A stretch of 64,000 bases of DNA, taken from IMG/VR virus record IMGVR_UViG_3300040781_000091, positions 1-64,000 of that record. One strand, 5' to 3'. Both the position numbers and the translations under genes were made by a program. Position 1 is the first letter of the stretch. The number at the start of each line of letters is the position of its first letter. This DNA comes from a virus. The notes under the pieces were generated by a model. The model was not told where the DNA came from. It ran no database searches and was given only the letters and a program-made list of their open reading frames with translations. This document shows, in pieces, positions 46,509-56,366 of this stretch.

Positions 46509-46970
46509 TCATTTTCTTGACAAACCGTCGTACATTTTCCGTATCTTAAGTTTGACATCTTTAGCATACAATCTAGCATTTTCATATCTAGATTGCTGAA
46601 TAGACATTTTATCGTAATCACCTATTGCTTTAGCATGTTTGTACGAATGTGAGAAATATGTCATATCGGTATACTGTGCAGTATACGCAGACTCTAACTT
46701 CAATACTGTTTTAACACGCTCGTGATTCTTTAATTGATGATATTTAGCTAATAAAAGTGCCGCCTCAATTAAATAAAGATCGTCGTATAGTGTTGCCCTA
46801 GTATTTTTATCTAATACACAATATACTTTATCTTTCTTTGCTACTACTAAATTGCCTATGACCATTTCCTTTTTGCTGTTCGCAAGAGGGGACATTTTGT
46901 CGCGGGCAGAGATAATTACGTTATCTAATATTTTAGAAAAATTAGTTTTTAAGTTTTGAGTTGTGCTCAT
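46509..46970 (-). CDS. Hypothetical late protein
   Basis: ATGA coupling. Confidence 0.7.
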   Translation of the reverse strand: MSTTQNLKTNFSKILDNVIISARDKMSPLANSKKEMVIGNLVVAKKDKVYCVLDKNTRATLYDDLYLIEAALLLAKYHQLKNHERVKTVLKLESAYTAQYTDMTYFSHSYKHAKAIGDYDKMSIQQSRYENARLYAKDVKLKIRKMYDGLSRK

Positions 46971-47716
46971 TTCTTTTTCTTCTCTTTCTCTCTGCGTAAT
47001 CTAGCTCGCAGTCGGTCAGTGGGTCGATGTGCTGTATTTCCTACTACAGACGGTGCGGAGGCAATTGCTCCTGCTCCTGTACTTCCAGCAGAAGCAGTTT
47101 CCTCTATTCCTGCTAGCTCTTGTAGCCGCCTAATCTCGTCGTGCTCTGCAGAGTTCTTCATAGAAACTTTCTTCGAGGCAGCAAATTGCTTACCCTTATT
47201 TACACCGCGCATAGCTGCATTCTTTACAGTACCTAAAAACGATGCGGTTTTATCTACAATACTTTTATCTTTAAGCTCGCCGGGGCCCATCATTTTATCA
47301 ACTGGAACTTTAAATCTCTGGCCGTCTTCTGTCTCGACCTCGAACTCGTTGCCGATCCTGCGCTTAATTGTGACTCCGGCTTCGTTTCCTGCTGCTGTTG
47401 TAGTATATGCAGTGGTTCCGGTTTTTGCTTTTGCAGGATTAAACTTTCCAGTAACTGGGTCAAAAGGACTGTTTGGATCTGGTGCGGTTGCTGCTTTGTT
47501 TGATTTTGCGTTTGCAGGCTCCTTGCCGGGCGTAGTGTCTACGTGATTGGTATTCATATCGATCGAAGCCTCACGTAGCTTTACATATTCAGCAAAGCTA
47601 AGATTCTTTGCAATGTCTCTTGCTTCGCTCAAAGAAACACCCCGCTCGCCCATAATAAGCGTCTCAATCTTTTCCTGCATCTGTGCATTAATTTTACTTG
47701 CCAAATTATCTAACAT
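46967..47716 (-). CDS. Putative head core protein
   Basis: RLQELAGI and ETASAGSTGAGAIA motifs. Confidence 0.55.
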   Translation of the reverse strand: MLDNLASKINAQMQEKIETLIMGERGVSLSEARDIAKNLSFAEYVKLREASIDMNTNHVDTTPGKEPANAKSNKAATAPDPNSPFDPVTGKFNPAKAKTGTTAYTTTAAGNEAGVTIKRRIGNEFEVETEDGQRFKVPVDKMMGPGELKDKSIVDKTASFLGTVKNAAMRGVNKGKQFAASKKVSMKNSAEHDEIRRLQELAGIEETASAGSTGAGAIASAPSVVGNTAHRPTDRLRARLRREKEKKKK

Positions 47717-48003
47717 TACGAACTCCTATTTAATCGTTGCACACGCTTAGACGCAGGATTAAACCGCTTTGTCTTACGAGCTTTCTTGGCCATTCTAAAT
47801 CCCTTAGATGCCCTAGTCTTTTTCATAGTCCGACTTTTCTTCATGTTCTTAGGCTTGCTACATTGCGCTGGATCAGATACAACACGACCCTTTCTCGGAC
47901 CAGACATGCAACGTGTCTTACGTATGACTTTGTTGCCTGACTTAGCCCATACCCGTTTTTCGAGTAATGTATCAAAATCTAATGTGATCTCTTCTATTAA
48001 CAT
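47716..48003 (-). CDS. Small basic prohead-core-like protein
   Basis: LLE then K/R-rich; RCMSGPRKGRVVSDPAQC. Confidence 0.55.
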   Translation of the reverse strand: MLIEEITLDFDTLLEKRVWAKSGNKVIRKTRCMSGPRKGRVVSDPAQCSKPKNMKKSRTMKKTRASKGFRMAKKARKTKRFNPASKRVQRLNRSS

Positions 48004-48498
48004 TTATATCTGAGACACCATGACAAATTCCATGTTCTGTGGGTTGCCAGACGGACTACCGGGTACGGTTGTAATTCTCACTCCACTGTCTATAATTACA
48101 CCATCAATTTCCTTTACTAGTAACCCAACTGGATCTCTAGTCTTAAAATCTTCCCACGTATCAGGTCGCTCACATGCAAACTTCCACACAAAGCCCTCGC
48201 CCACTAATGTTGGCGCACCTTCTGCTTCGAGGCTAGGCACTGCTACGGGATTGTTCATGATTGTAGGAACGGCTCTTAGGCCGATTGATTGGAAAAATAT
48301 TTCAAAATTCTTCTGGCTCTGATCTTGTATTTCTTCTGTAACCTGAATATTTACTTGACGTATTTGCTCTTCTGGCTCAGGCGGATTTGGGTTAGGGTCA
48401 GTGTATGCGCCAGGGGACAGGGCGTATGCAATATAAAATTGCAAATCGCCTGTGAGGTTTTGCATCGCAGACGATGTTCCGTTTATTTGTGCAGTCAT
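48004..48498 (-). CDS. Virion protein, MTxxVNG paralog family
   Basis: MTAQINGTSSAMQNLTGDLQFY; late promoter. Confidence 0.65.
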   Translation of the reverse strand: MTAQINGTSSAMQNLTGDLQFYIAYALSPGAYTDPNPNPPEPEEQIRQVNIQVTEEIQDQSQKNFEIFFQSIGLRAVPTIMNNPVAVPSLEAEGAPTLVGEGFVWKFACERPDTWEDFKTRDPVGLLVKEIDGVIIDSGVRITTVPGSPSGNPQNMEFVMVSQI

Positions 48499-48546
48499 TG
48501 GCCATCTCCTATTTTATACTATTTATCACGGAGACAGCCTCTACCT

Positions 48547-49509
48547 TTAATTTACTGTCTGCTCTCTAAACAGTTCCATAATAACAGATAAGTTCCAGTT
48601 AGAGTTAGAATTATTTACACACTTAACCCTAACAAAATAACCCGGCGGAACTTCGGCAGTTTCGTCCGAGGACATTGTAAAATAGTTAGATGTCGAACCG
48701 AAACACGGTATCTTATTAATATACTTACTAACAGCATATTCTTGTTCACAAATGAGGTATTCGCCTGTGCCAGTAAAATTCGGAACTAAGCCATCTGTCT
48801 CATTATAATCCCAATCGCCGTCTTTAGTGCGCAATCTCGGAATAAGTATAGGATTTGCAGCGAATCCGTGTGTACCTGTGCCGGGGCCGCTAGGAGAATA
48901 TTTAACGAAGTTAACACCGAGACGTTCTTCTAAAACTAGATCAAGACTAGCAACCTGTTGTAACGGTGTCGGATTAGACATAATGTATGCACTTACGTAA
49001 TCGCCTATTCCGCCGTTTGCAAATTTCAAGTAAGCTTCGTGTATCCATACGCGACCAAATGCAGCATGGTTAAATATTACATCTTTAATTTCAAACGGCT
49101 TGCCGATGGTCAACTGGAACTGTAACAAATCACCACCGCCTACGATATTAGGATCAGGAGAATCGCCCGAGCCGGACCAAACTGCATACACGTGACTACC
49201 CTCAACATCTGGTTTACTGCTGCTATGTACAGATACCTTACCACCGAGGTCGGGGTTCATCTGGGTAATTGTCACCATCTTTATATCGTTGATAACATGA
49301 TCCCATGCATCAATCGGATCTAAAATATCTATTAGTCCGTTATTGATGATAATATCACCCGAAGATACATCCTGGAAGAATTTCACATCTTTAGAAAATC
49401 CAGACACCTCAGATGGCGACAACGAATACGTCTCTGCATCTAGTATTGTTTGCCCAGCATATGTTTTGTTTATGCCGGATATGTTTTTAATATTGATTAC
49501 TTTTGCCAT
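48547..49509 (-). CDS. Putative virion/fibre-associated protein
   Basis: N-terminal IKNISG domain weakly like that of 50307-53432; beta-rich. Confidence 0.6.
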   Translation of the reverse strand: MAKVINIKNISGINKTYAGQTILDAETYSLSPSEVSGFSKDVKFFQDVSSGDIIINNGLIDILDPIDAWDHVINDIKMVTITQMNPDLGGKVSVHSSSKPDVEGSHVYAVWSGSGDSPDPNIVGGGDLLQFQLTIGKPFEIKDVIFNHAAFGRVWIHEAYLKFANGGIGDYVSAYIMSNPTPLQQVASLDLVLEERLGVNFVKYSPSGPGTGTHGFAANPILIPRLRTKDGDWDYNETDGLVPNFTGTGEYLICEQEYAVSKYINKIPCFGSTSNYFTMSSDETAEVPPGYFVRVKCVNNSNSNWNLSVIMELFREQTVN

Positions 49510-49527
49510 GTGTTATCTACCTATTGT

Positions 49528-50307
49528 TTATGCGAAGTCATCCGTAAAGGAATCTGATTTATTATTTGTCGTACCCGATATCACCATGAACGTTAGTTGA
49601 ACTAGGGGGTGGTCCAGCTTGTCGCCGTCGATGTACACGGCAGCATAATCCCCTGCGCTGAATAATACATCGGCCGGGCCAAAGTTTTGCTCGACTGCTG
49701 AACGTGCATTAGATATGTTTAAAGTATATACCAATTCTTTATTTGCTTTAGGTTCGTAACTATATTCTGTTTTCCAGAGTTCCACCGATGTACTTATATC
49801 ATCGGATGCATTTATGAAGGTTATAGAAATAAGCCTACTATCCCAAGGAATAACAAAGGGCACTCTATTCGACGACTGGCCGGTATCTGCTGTTTGCTGG
49901 GACAACCACATCCTCGATGCCTTATTTGAATTAGCTGCAAACCCCACATCAAACGTTTTTCCTACTAAGCTAACTATCCCTGTGGCAATATTACTAATCT
50001 CGGAATCTACGTACTCTGCAATTTTACTCGAAGACCATATACCGTCTGGTGCAGTGGTATTGTCGTCTATTACTGCATCTTCTAACAAACTTACGGTCGG
50101 TATAGGCGGACAGGTCCAGCTTGCCAACATAGAATCTAATTCTGATTCTTCTGTCGGTGAAAGATTACTGTCGAATTCGAATATTACATCTGGGCCCTCG
50201 GCATTAATCAGCTGGATTAAATTAGAAGAAATTCCAGCATTTTCTGTTATAGCCGTAAACAAATCGCCTAAGCATTCGGTTGTAAATGTTCTTGTATAGT
50301 ATGCCAT
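49528..50307 (-). CDS. Putative fibre-associated protein
   Basis: IDD...WSSSKI fibre motif; beta-sandwich-like C-terminus. Confidence 0.6.
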   Translation of the reverse strand: MAYYTRTFTTECLGDLFTAITENAGISSNLIQLINAEGPDVIFEFDSNLSPTEESELDSMLASWTCPPIPTVSLLEDAVIDDNTTAPDGIWSSSKIAEYVDSEISNIATGIVSLVGKTFDVGFAANSNKASRMWLSQQTADTGQSSNRVPFVIPWDSRLISITFINASDDISTSVELWKTEYSYEPKANKELVYTLNISNARSAVEQNFGPADVLFSAGDYAAVYIDGDKLDHPLVQLTFMVISGTTNNKSDSFTDDFA

Positions 50308-53300
50308 TATGATGGATTATCCAGTTCTTGTATTGTTAGTCTGCATGCCTGTGGGAGAGTGGACATTGTGCCACCATTTATTAGTCCCTGCGAATAAAGT
50401 GTCTGACCCGAAGTCATATTGACAACAGCGGACGTGGCTACCGTGTTTCTACCGTCGCTCGTGTTTCTGTGGTAACCGTAAGCAAGCGTTCCAGGGACTT
50501 CTACTCCGCTCCTCATTATTCGTGTAGTAGATGTTGCTCTGTTATTCTGACCTTCGTAGCTATTTTCTACTGTTATTCTAAACCAACCGGTTTTATTAAC
50601 AGTGACCACTCCTGCACTGTAAGAATATATAGTGTCGGCCCTGACAATAGTGTTAGGCTGGATAGTTACAAACGTTGTTCCAATTGTCTGCGTACTAGCT
50701 CCGTTGTGGGAATTAAACACTTGCTTAGCCGGAGCGCCGCCTGGAACATTAATTATTGCTGTTCCTGCTGAACCGGTTGCTGTGACACCTGCGCCCGTGA
50801 AATTCAAGGTAGTAAACGGACCGTTTGGTACAGTTACACCTTCGTCTCTTACTAAAATAGAAGACCCCACACCCGGAATACCCTGATCACCTTTGTCGCC
50901 TTTGGTCCCTTGCAACTTTTTGACTGTCATGATGGTGCCAGCTAACATAAACTCAGCGTCGGTGATAGTATCTACCTGGAAGGTAAGGAAATCACCAGCA
51001 GTTAAGTTAGCAAGAACAGCAACAGTTCCCTGTGTCTGGATCTGGTTTACATCAGCCTTGTCGCCCACCTCTTTTAAGGAGCCAGGGATAACTGTAGTAT
51101 CGTTTATTCGTATGCGGCCGTCGAATTCGTCGTCGGCTACGCCGTTATATGTAATCTCGTATAACCCGGTTTCCTTAATAAGAACTCTGTCTGCATTAAC
51201 CGGATCCCATTCTATTACGCTTGTATTATTTTGTAAATCGACAGTATCGAAGACAAAATCAGTCCAAGTAGTCGGCAGCGGATTAAGCTCAGTCGACCGT
51301 CTAATCTGCAATGCTGGTAGGGGACTAGCGGGCGCAGTAGTCGACGCAATTGTAATTGTGTTTCCAGCTCTAGTAGTTGTTATTCCGGCTCCAGCAGCAA
51401 GAGTTAATGTATCTGTCGGCGATGCTGCTGTTGCAGTGCCGCCGGTTGTTGCTGCTACGTTGAGGAATAAATTCTGTGGACCAGTTGCTCCATCGGCCAC
51501 GTTTAGTATAGTACGAACCTGTGCTGCTGTTAGGTCAGTAGGAGCACCTGTTCCTGCACCAGATGCTCTACCTTTAATCGTGGACTGTACCATGTCTGCA
51601 AGTTTTGCATTGGTAATTGCAGCGTCGGTTACTTGTGCAGTTACTACCTGAGTTGCTACTATATTTGCACCCTGACGACCCAACACAGTGTTTGTGCCTA
51701 TAGTTAGATCTGTAGGAACGCCCGTTGTTGCTTGGTTTCTAACCTTGACTGTATTAGCAGCCATATTTGCGAGTTTTGCATTAGTCACAGCACCATTTGA
51801 AATTGTTGCAACCTGCGAACCGGTTCCTGGTCCTGCTGTCACGTCGCCAGTTAACTGATTTAATCCTGCCTGCGATGCTGTAATATAGCCTGCGTCATTG
51901 ACGAATACAGATACATTATCACCTGCACTCGTGTAGTTTGCATCGTTGACCAATTCACTTACATTGTCACCCGGCTGTAATGCGGTGTCGGCCAATGCGC
52001 CTTGTGCGGTTGTTGCATAGAAGGCACTGTAATCACTACCCTGCGCTACGACTGCTCCAGTTCTACCGAACACCGAATCAACTGGCGCGGGCGGCGCAGT
52101 CGATGCAATAGTAATCGTGTCGCCTGCTCGCGTCGTGCTTATTCCTGTTCCGCCTGCGAGTGTTAATGTATCAGTTAATGAATTTGCTGTCGCAGTACCG
52201 CCAATATCTGCTGTTATGTTTAGCCATAGATTTTGTGCTGCTGCTGCGCCGTCTGCCACATTAAGTAACGTGCGGACCTGTGCTGCTGTCAAGTCAGTGG
52301 GAGAGCCAGTTCCGGCTGTTACTCTACCTTTAATTGTTCCTGTTGTTACATTTGCTAATTTATTATTTGTAACGACACCATTAGCAATCGTAGCTACCTG
52401 CGAGCCGTCACCTGGCCCGGCTGTTACATCACCGGTTAGTTGATTTATTCCGCTGACACCCAACACATTAAACAGTAACACCACGCTGCAAACCTGATTA
52501 TTTCCGGGCACAGGACCGGCAGCCGAATCAACACTAACATTAATTGTATGCCATCCGGTGTTGTCTATTACTGATACTACTGTAAATAGAATAGCAGATG
52601 CAGCATTGCTGGTTTCTTGAATATATAACTTGTCGCCGACACCCAACGAACTGAGGAGCGTCGAGGCGTCGACGCCCGAGTCTGATGTATTGTTTATATA
52701 AATTGCCGAAACCGAAGCGGCTGATGCATTATTATATTTAAATGTTTTGTTTCCGGGGTCGGACGCAGTAGTTGACGTGCTAAATCTCCACTGAAGCTGA
52801 AAGGAACCTGCGCCGCCAATAGTCGACGATTCCACATTTACCCAGTTTGTTCCGTTATACTGAAGAACTTGACCTGCAGTGGCAGGAGCAGAAGTAACGT
52901 CACTTAGATCGTTGATACTTTCTGACTCGATGTTTGTTAAGTAACCAACATCATTAATTAAGTCGCTTATATTGTCACCCGGCTGGACGGCAGTATCTGC
53001 CATATCACCCTGAGTAATAGAAGCGTAAGTACTATCAAGATTGATTGCCCCAGACGACCCATCTACTGTAGTTACAACCGGAGACGGTACCATAGTAGCC
53101 GAACTCCATACAAGTGCTTGGCCATCTATAATTCCCGTTAAGTCTACGTCGTTTAGTTGAGTGAGGGCTCCGCCGAATATTCTATAATTCGGCGCATTAG
53201 CATTAGCAATAACCTGAAGACCATCCGAAATACTAAGCGGTGTAGAATCGTCAAGGGGGTCTAATACTACAATAGAACTTGCCGATACTAGTGCCGGCAA

Positions 53301-53432
53301 GTCCTCACTTATTGCAATATCCTGACCTGCTTCTTGATTCAGATTTGCTTCGTCGCCCGGGTTGATTAACTCGATTCCGAGATCGTCAACTGTTACGGGT
53401 CCCGCGGATATATTCCTAATTATAAAACCCAT
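50307..53432 (-). CDS. Long fibre protein with internal duplications, a short collagen stretch and two C1q/TNF-like domains
   Basis: L.DL.DV repeats, SVFGRTG, duplicated NQLTGDVTAGPG unit, GTKGDKGDQGIPG, two xGxYxIT-type beta domains. Confidence 0.75.
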   Translation of the reverse strand: MGFIIRNISAGPVTVDDLGIELINPGDEANLNQEAGQDIAISEDLPALVSASSIVVLDPLDDSTPLSISDGLQVIANANAPNYRIFGGALTQLNDVDLTGIIDGQALVWSSATMVPSPVVTTVDGSSGAINLDSTYASITQGDMADTAVQPGDNISDLINDVGYLTNIESESINDLSDVTSAPATAGQVLQYNGTNWVNVESSTIGGAGSFQLQWRFSTSTTASDPGNKTFKYNNASAASVSAIYINNTSDSGVDASTLLSSLGVGDKLYIQETSNAASAILFTVVSVIDNTGWHTINVSVDSAAGPVPGNNQVCSVVLLFNVLGVSGINQLTGDVTAGPGDGSQVATIANGVVTNNKLANVTTGTIKGRVTAGTGSPTDLTAAQVRTLLNVADGAAAAQNLWLNITADIGGTATANSLTDTLTLAGGTGISTTRAGDTITIASTAPPAPVDSVFGRTGAVVAQGSDYSAFYATTAQGALADTALQPGDNVSELVNDANYTSAGDNVSVFVNDAGYITASQAGLNQLTGDVTAGPGTGSQVATISNGAVTNAKLANMAANTVKVRNQATTGVPTDLTIGTNTVLGRQGANIVATQVVTAQVTDAAITNAKLADMVQSTIKGRASGAGTGAPTDLTAAQVRTILNVADGATGPQNLFLNVAATTGGTATAASPTDTLTLAAGAGITTTRAGNTITIASTTAPASPLPALQIRRSTELNPLPTTWTDFVFDTVDLQNNTSVIEWDPVNADRVLIKETGLYEITYNGVADDEFDGRIRINDTTVIPGSLKEVGDKADVNQIQTQGTVAVLANLTAGDFLTFQVDTITDAEFMLAGTIMTVKKLQGTKGDKGDQGIPGVGSSILVRDEGVTVPNGPFTTLNFTGAGVTATGSAGTAIINVPGGAPAKQVFNSHNGASTQTIGTTFVTIQPNTIVRADTIYSYSAGVVTVNKTGWFRITVENSYEGQNNRATSTTRIMRSGVEVPGTLAYGYHRNTSDGRNTVATSAVVNMTSGQTLYSQGLINGGTMSTLPQACRLTIQELDNPS

Positions 53433-53440
53433 TTAGATTT

Positions 53441-56350
53441 TTACGCCCCTCTCCATTTAACCCATAGTGTAACAACAACATCTTCGATAAATCCACCAGT
53501 AGATGCGCCACGTAGTTGTAGTTTTTCGCCTGCGGCAACATCGATATTTAGTGTAGTGTCGCTATATGTGTTTTCGCCGTTTACGGCCGGGTTGAAGTCG
53601 ACAATCCCTGCGGTAGTCGATACACCATCTATGTAGAGATCGATTGCCTTGGTGTTGTTGTTGTCGTCTGCTGTTTGTGCAGTAACCATAACAATTGTTG
53701 CGTCCAACGGCATAATATAACCGGACGTCGAATCAACCGCTGAGCCGATCTGTAACCATTCATTATTGCCGAGTCTATTCTCAGACCATGTAAGATCGGT
53801 TGATTCAACTGACAACACTTTGTTCGAGCGGGTAGAATCGATTAACGTAAGAACATTCTGGCCGCCAATTGTAGTAACTGCTAGGCCACCTGGTAGACTA
53901 ATTAAGTTAGAAATACCATCTGCAAGTTCCTGACCAGTCATCTTCTCATTAGCAGAAGCCGAGGCATTGTAAACAATAATTTCGTCAGTAGCTGCAAGAT
54001 TTTCGCCTGCTGCTGCTGTGCCAGTGATATCTAATCCAATGGTTGGATTTCCAGCTTGGCCATCGCCATTAGTAATTGTTAGGCCGGCCTCGGCGCCTGC
54101 TCCACTCACTGCAATATCTACTGCTGTGATATTACCCGAACCGTCGGCTACTAATAGACCCGTTGCTGATCCAATACCTGTAGCAATATCAAAGTCTTCG
54201 ATGACATCTGCAAAGGTATATTTTAGAGTTGCTGTGCCATCATACACTGCAATGGTATCAGTCGATACAAGTGTCTCGGCGCCTGCGGTCAAACCGTTAA
54301 CATCAAGTGCAAAACTAACTGCTGCATTGGTTCCAGCTGTTGCAGTGATCGTAATACCTGTGCCGGTGAATGCTACAGTATCTGCAGGCGAATCCGCTGT
54401 AGCAGTACCAGTATCACCTGTAATCACACCAAACGCATTCGCTGCGCCAGCATTTGCAATTTCACTTACAGTGTAGTATTCGTTTGCACCCGAAGTAACA
54501 TTGTAAACTGCTAGTCTATCAGCAAGATCAACTGCATCACTGCGTACAGGAAGTCCATTGATATCTAAACCAATAGTTGGGTTGCCTGCTGTTCCGTCTG
54601 CATTAGCAATTGCCAAACCATCTAGTGCCCCAGCGCCATCGACTGCAATTTCTACTGTAGAATATGTGCCGCCATTGTTGATAACAATACCGTCTGTGGT
54701 AACCCCATTAGGAATGTCTAATGCAGTTAGTAAATCATCGATCGTAGTGCTGCGAGTTGTGTTTGTTGCACTTACGTCATTAAATGCAATTTCGTCAGCA
54801 CCTGTAATCGTAGCGGATGTTAGGTTGTCTATGTCTAAGCTGAATACCGAACCATTTAATGCTAAACCCGAACCAGCAGTATAGGAAGAACTCTCCGAGA
54901 ACTGAACCCAAACAATCGGGTCGACGTTTAGGGTTAGTACACCATTACCCTGTAGCACCCAGCCAGATGTAGCAAGAGTGGTACCGTTCTCAACGAATGT
55001 ATAGTTGCCGCCGGATACCTCTGCTGCTGGATCACCGTTTTGGTCTGGAGCACGCTCTAACGCGCCGCTGGCACCTGCTGTCGTAACAACATAGATACCG
55101 TTCTGTACATCACTCGATGTAAGGTCGAGTGTGGCTCCTGCTCCTGCTGTGCTATCTGTTGTTGTAGCAACTGGGTTAGCAGGAAGTACAGTGTAGTCGC
55201 CTGGATCAGTTAAAGAAATAGCTGTAATTACGCCGGAGCCGTCTACAGCATCTACATTAAATGTTGCTGCTGTTGTAAACGTGCCGCCTGACACAGTAAG
55301 TGTGTCGCCTACTTCGTAATCTGCGCCGCCACTGTTAATTTCGCCGGCGGATACTGAACCAAACTGATTCTTAATAAGTATTCTGTCGCCAACTACAAAT
55401 GCATCTATAGCCGGAACACCGTCGAAGATTACGTTTGATGTTAGGTCAACGCCCGTGAACCCGCCCGTTCCTGCTGTGCCGCCTGCTGGATTGTAAACTC
55501 CGCCGACACCAGTTACTGTGCCAGCTTTAACCGATTCCTTTGGATCTAGACCAGATGCAACACTATCGACATATTCTTTGTTGGCTGCATCTGTAGGATT
55601 AACGGGTTGGTCTGCAATTGTTAGTGTTGCGCCAGATGAAACTGCGATTGCCGCGCCGGATGCAATTGTTAATGTACCAGAGTCTAACGTATCGCCTGTG
55701 TTACGTAAAAATACATCGTCAACGTTGACTTGCATGGTGCCAGCGGCATCACTATAAACAAATGTTGTATCGGTACCATCTGTAAATGCGGCGCCAATAA
55801 TATCTTCTACTGCTTCGATGACGTCGGTGTCAGTTGAAAAATCAACTACTACTAAGTCAGTGCCATCGCCTTTGTATATGTAAGGTACGCCATTGGTGTG
55901 AGCTGTGCCGTCAATTACATCACTCAAATCGTCGAGTGAAATATCAGAAGCTATTGTAGACGGATCTACCGGAACATATTCGGTGCCTACTAATTGTAAT
56001 ACCTGACCAGCTGTTGGAGCAGTGGAAGACACATCGTCCAAATCGGACATCTTTGCACCCTGGATACCATAGTGCAGGTCGTTTGTAGACTGAATTGCTG
56101 TTAAGCTATCTGCTTGACTAAGGTTGCCAGTATAGCCTACACGAGGGTCTACTACCACAAGCTCCGGAACAGAAAACGGTGCAGTACCGTTAATCGCGGC
56201 TTCTAGGTCGCCTCCGACTGCCGAAAGATAGATATTATTTGCTTGTTCGTCTGTTAGATTATAAACGGTACCTAAAAGACCAGTAATTGTAATACCAAGG
56301 TCGTTTAATTCTACCGCGTCGTTTGTTAATTTATATAACTGAATACTCAT
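53441..56350 (-). CDS. Long fibre/surface protein
   Basis: DAANKEYVD, GDRILIKNQ..QNGIY, GNPTIGLDI repeats; C-terminal domain shared with 56367-59243. Confidence 0.75.
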   Translation of the reverse strand: MSIQLYKLTNDAVELNDLGITITGLLGTVYNLTDEQANNIYLSAVGGDLEAAINGTAPFSVPELVVVDPRVGYTGNLSQADSLTAIQSTNDLHYGIQGAKMSDLDDVSSTAPTAGQVLQLVGTEYVPVDPSTIASDISLDDLSDVIDGTAHTNGVPYIYKGDGTDLVVVDFSTDTDVIEAVEDIIGAAFTDGTDTTFVYSDAAGTMQVNVDDVFLRNTGDTLDSGTLTIASGAAIAVSSGATLTIADQPVNPTDAANKEYVDSVASGLDPKESVKAGTVTGVGGVYNPAGGTAGTGGFTGVDLTSNVIFDGVPAIDAFVVGDRILIKNQFGSVSAGEINSGGADYEVGDTLTVSGGTFTTAATFNVDAVDGSGVITAISLTDPGDYTVLPANPVATTTDSTAGAGATLDLTSSDVQNGIYVVTTAGASGALERAPDQNGDPAAEVSGGNYTFVENGTTLATSGWVLQGNGVLTLNVDPIVWVQFSESSSYTAGSGLALNGSVFSLDIDNLTSATITGADEIAFNDVSATNTTRSTTIDDLLTALDIPNGVTTDGIVINNGGTYSTVEIAVDGAGALDGLAIANADGTAGNPTIGLDINGLPVRSDAVDLADRLAVYNVTSGANEYYTVSEIANAGAANAFGVITGDTGTATADSPADTVAFTGTGITITATAGTNAAVSFALDVNGLTAGAETLVSTDTIAVYDGTATLKYTFADVIEDFDIATGIGSATGLLVADGSGNITAVDIAVSGAGAEAGLTITNGDGQAGNPTIGLDITGTAAAGENLAATDEIIVYNASASANEKMTGQELADGISNLISLPGGLAVTTIGGQNVLTLIDSTRSNKVLSVESTDLTWSENRLGNNEWLQIGSAVDSTSGYIMPLDATIVMVTAQTADDNNNTKAIDLYIDGVSTTAGIVDFNPAVNGENTYSDTTLNIDVAAGEKLQLRGASTGGFIEDVVVTLWVKWRGA

Positions 56351-56366
56351 TTTTTAATCTCCTAAT

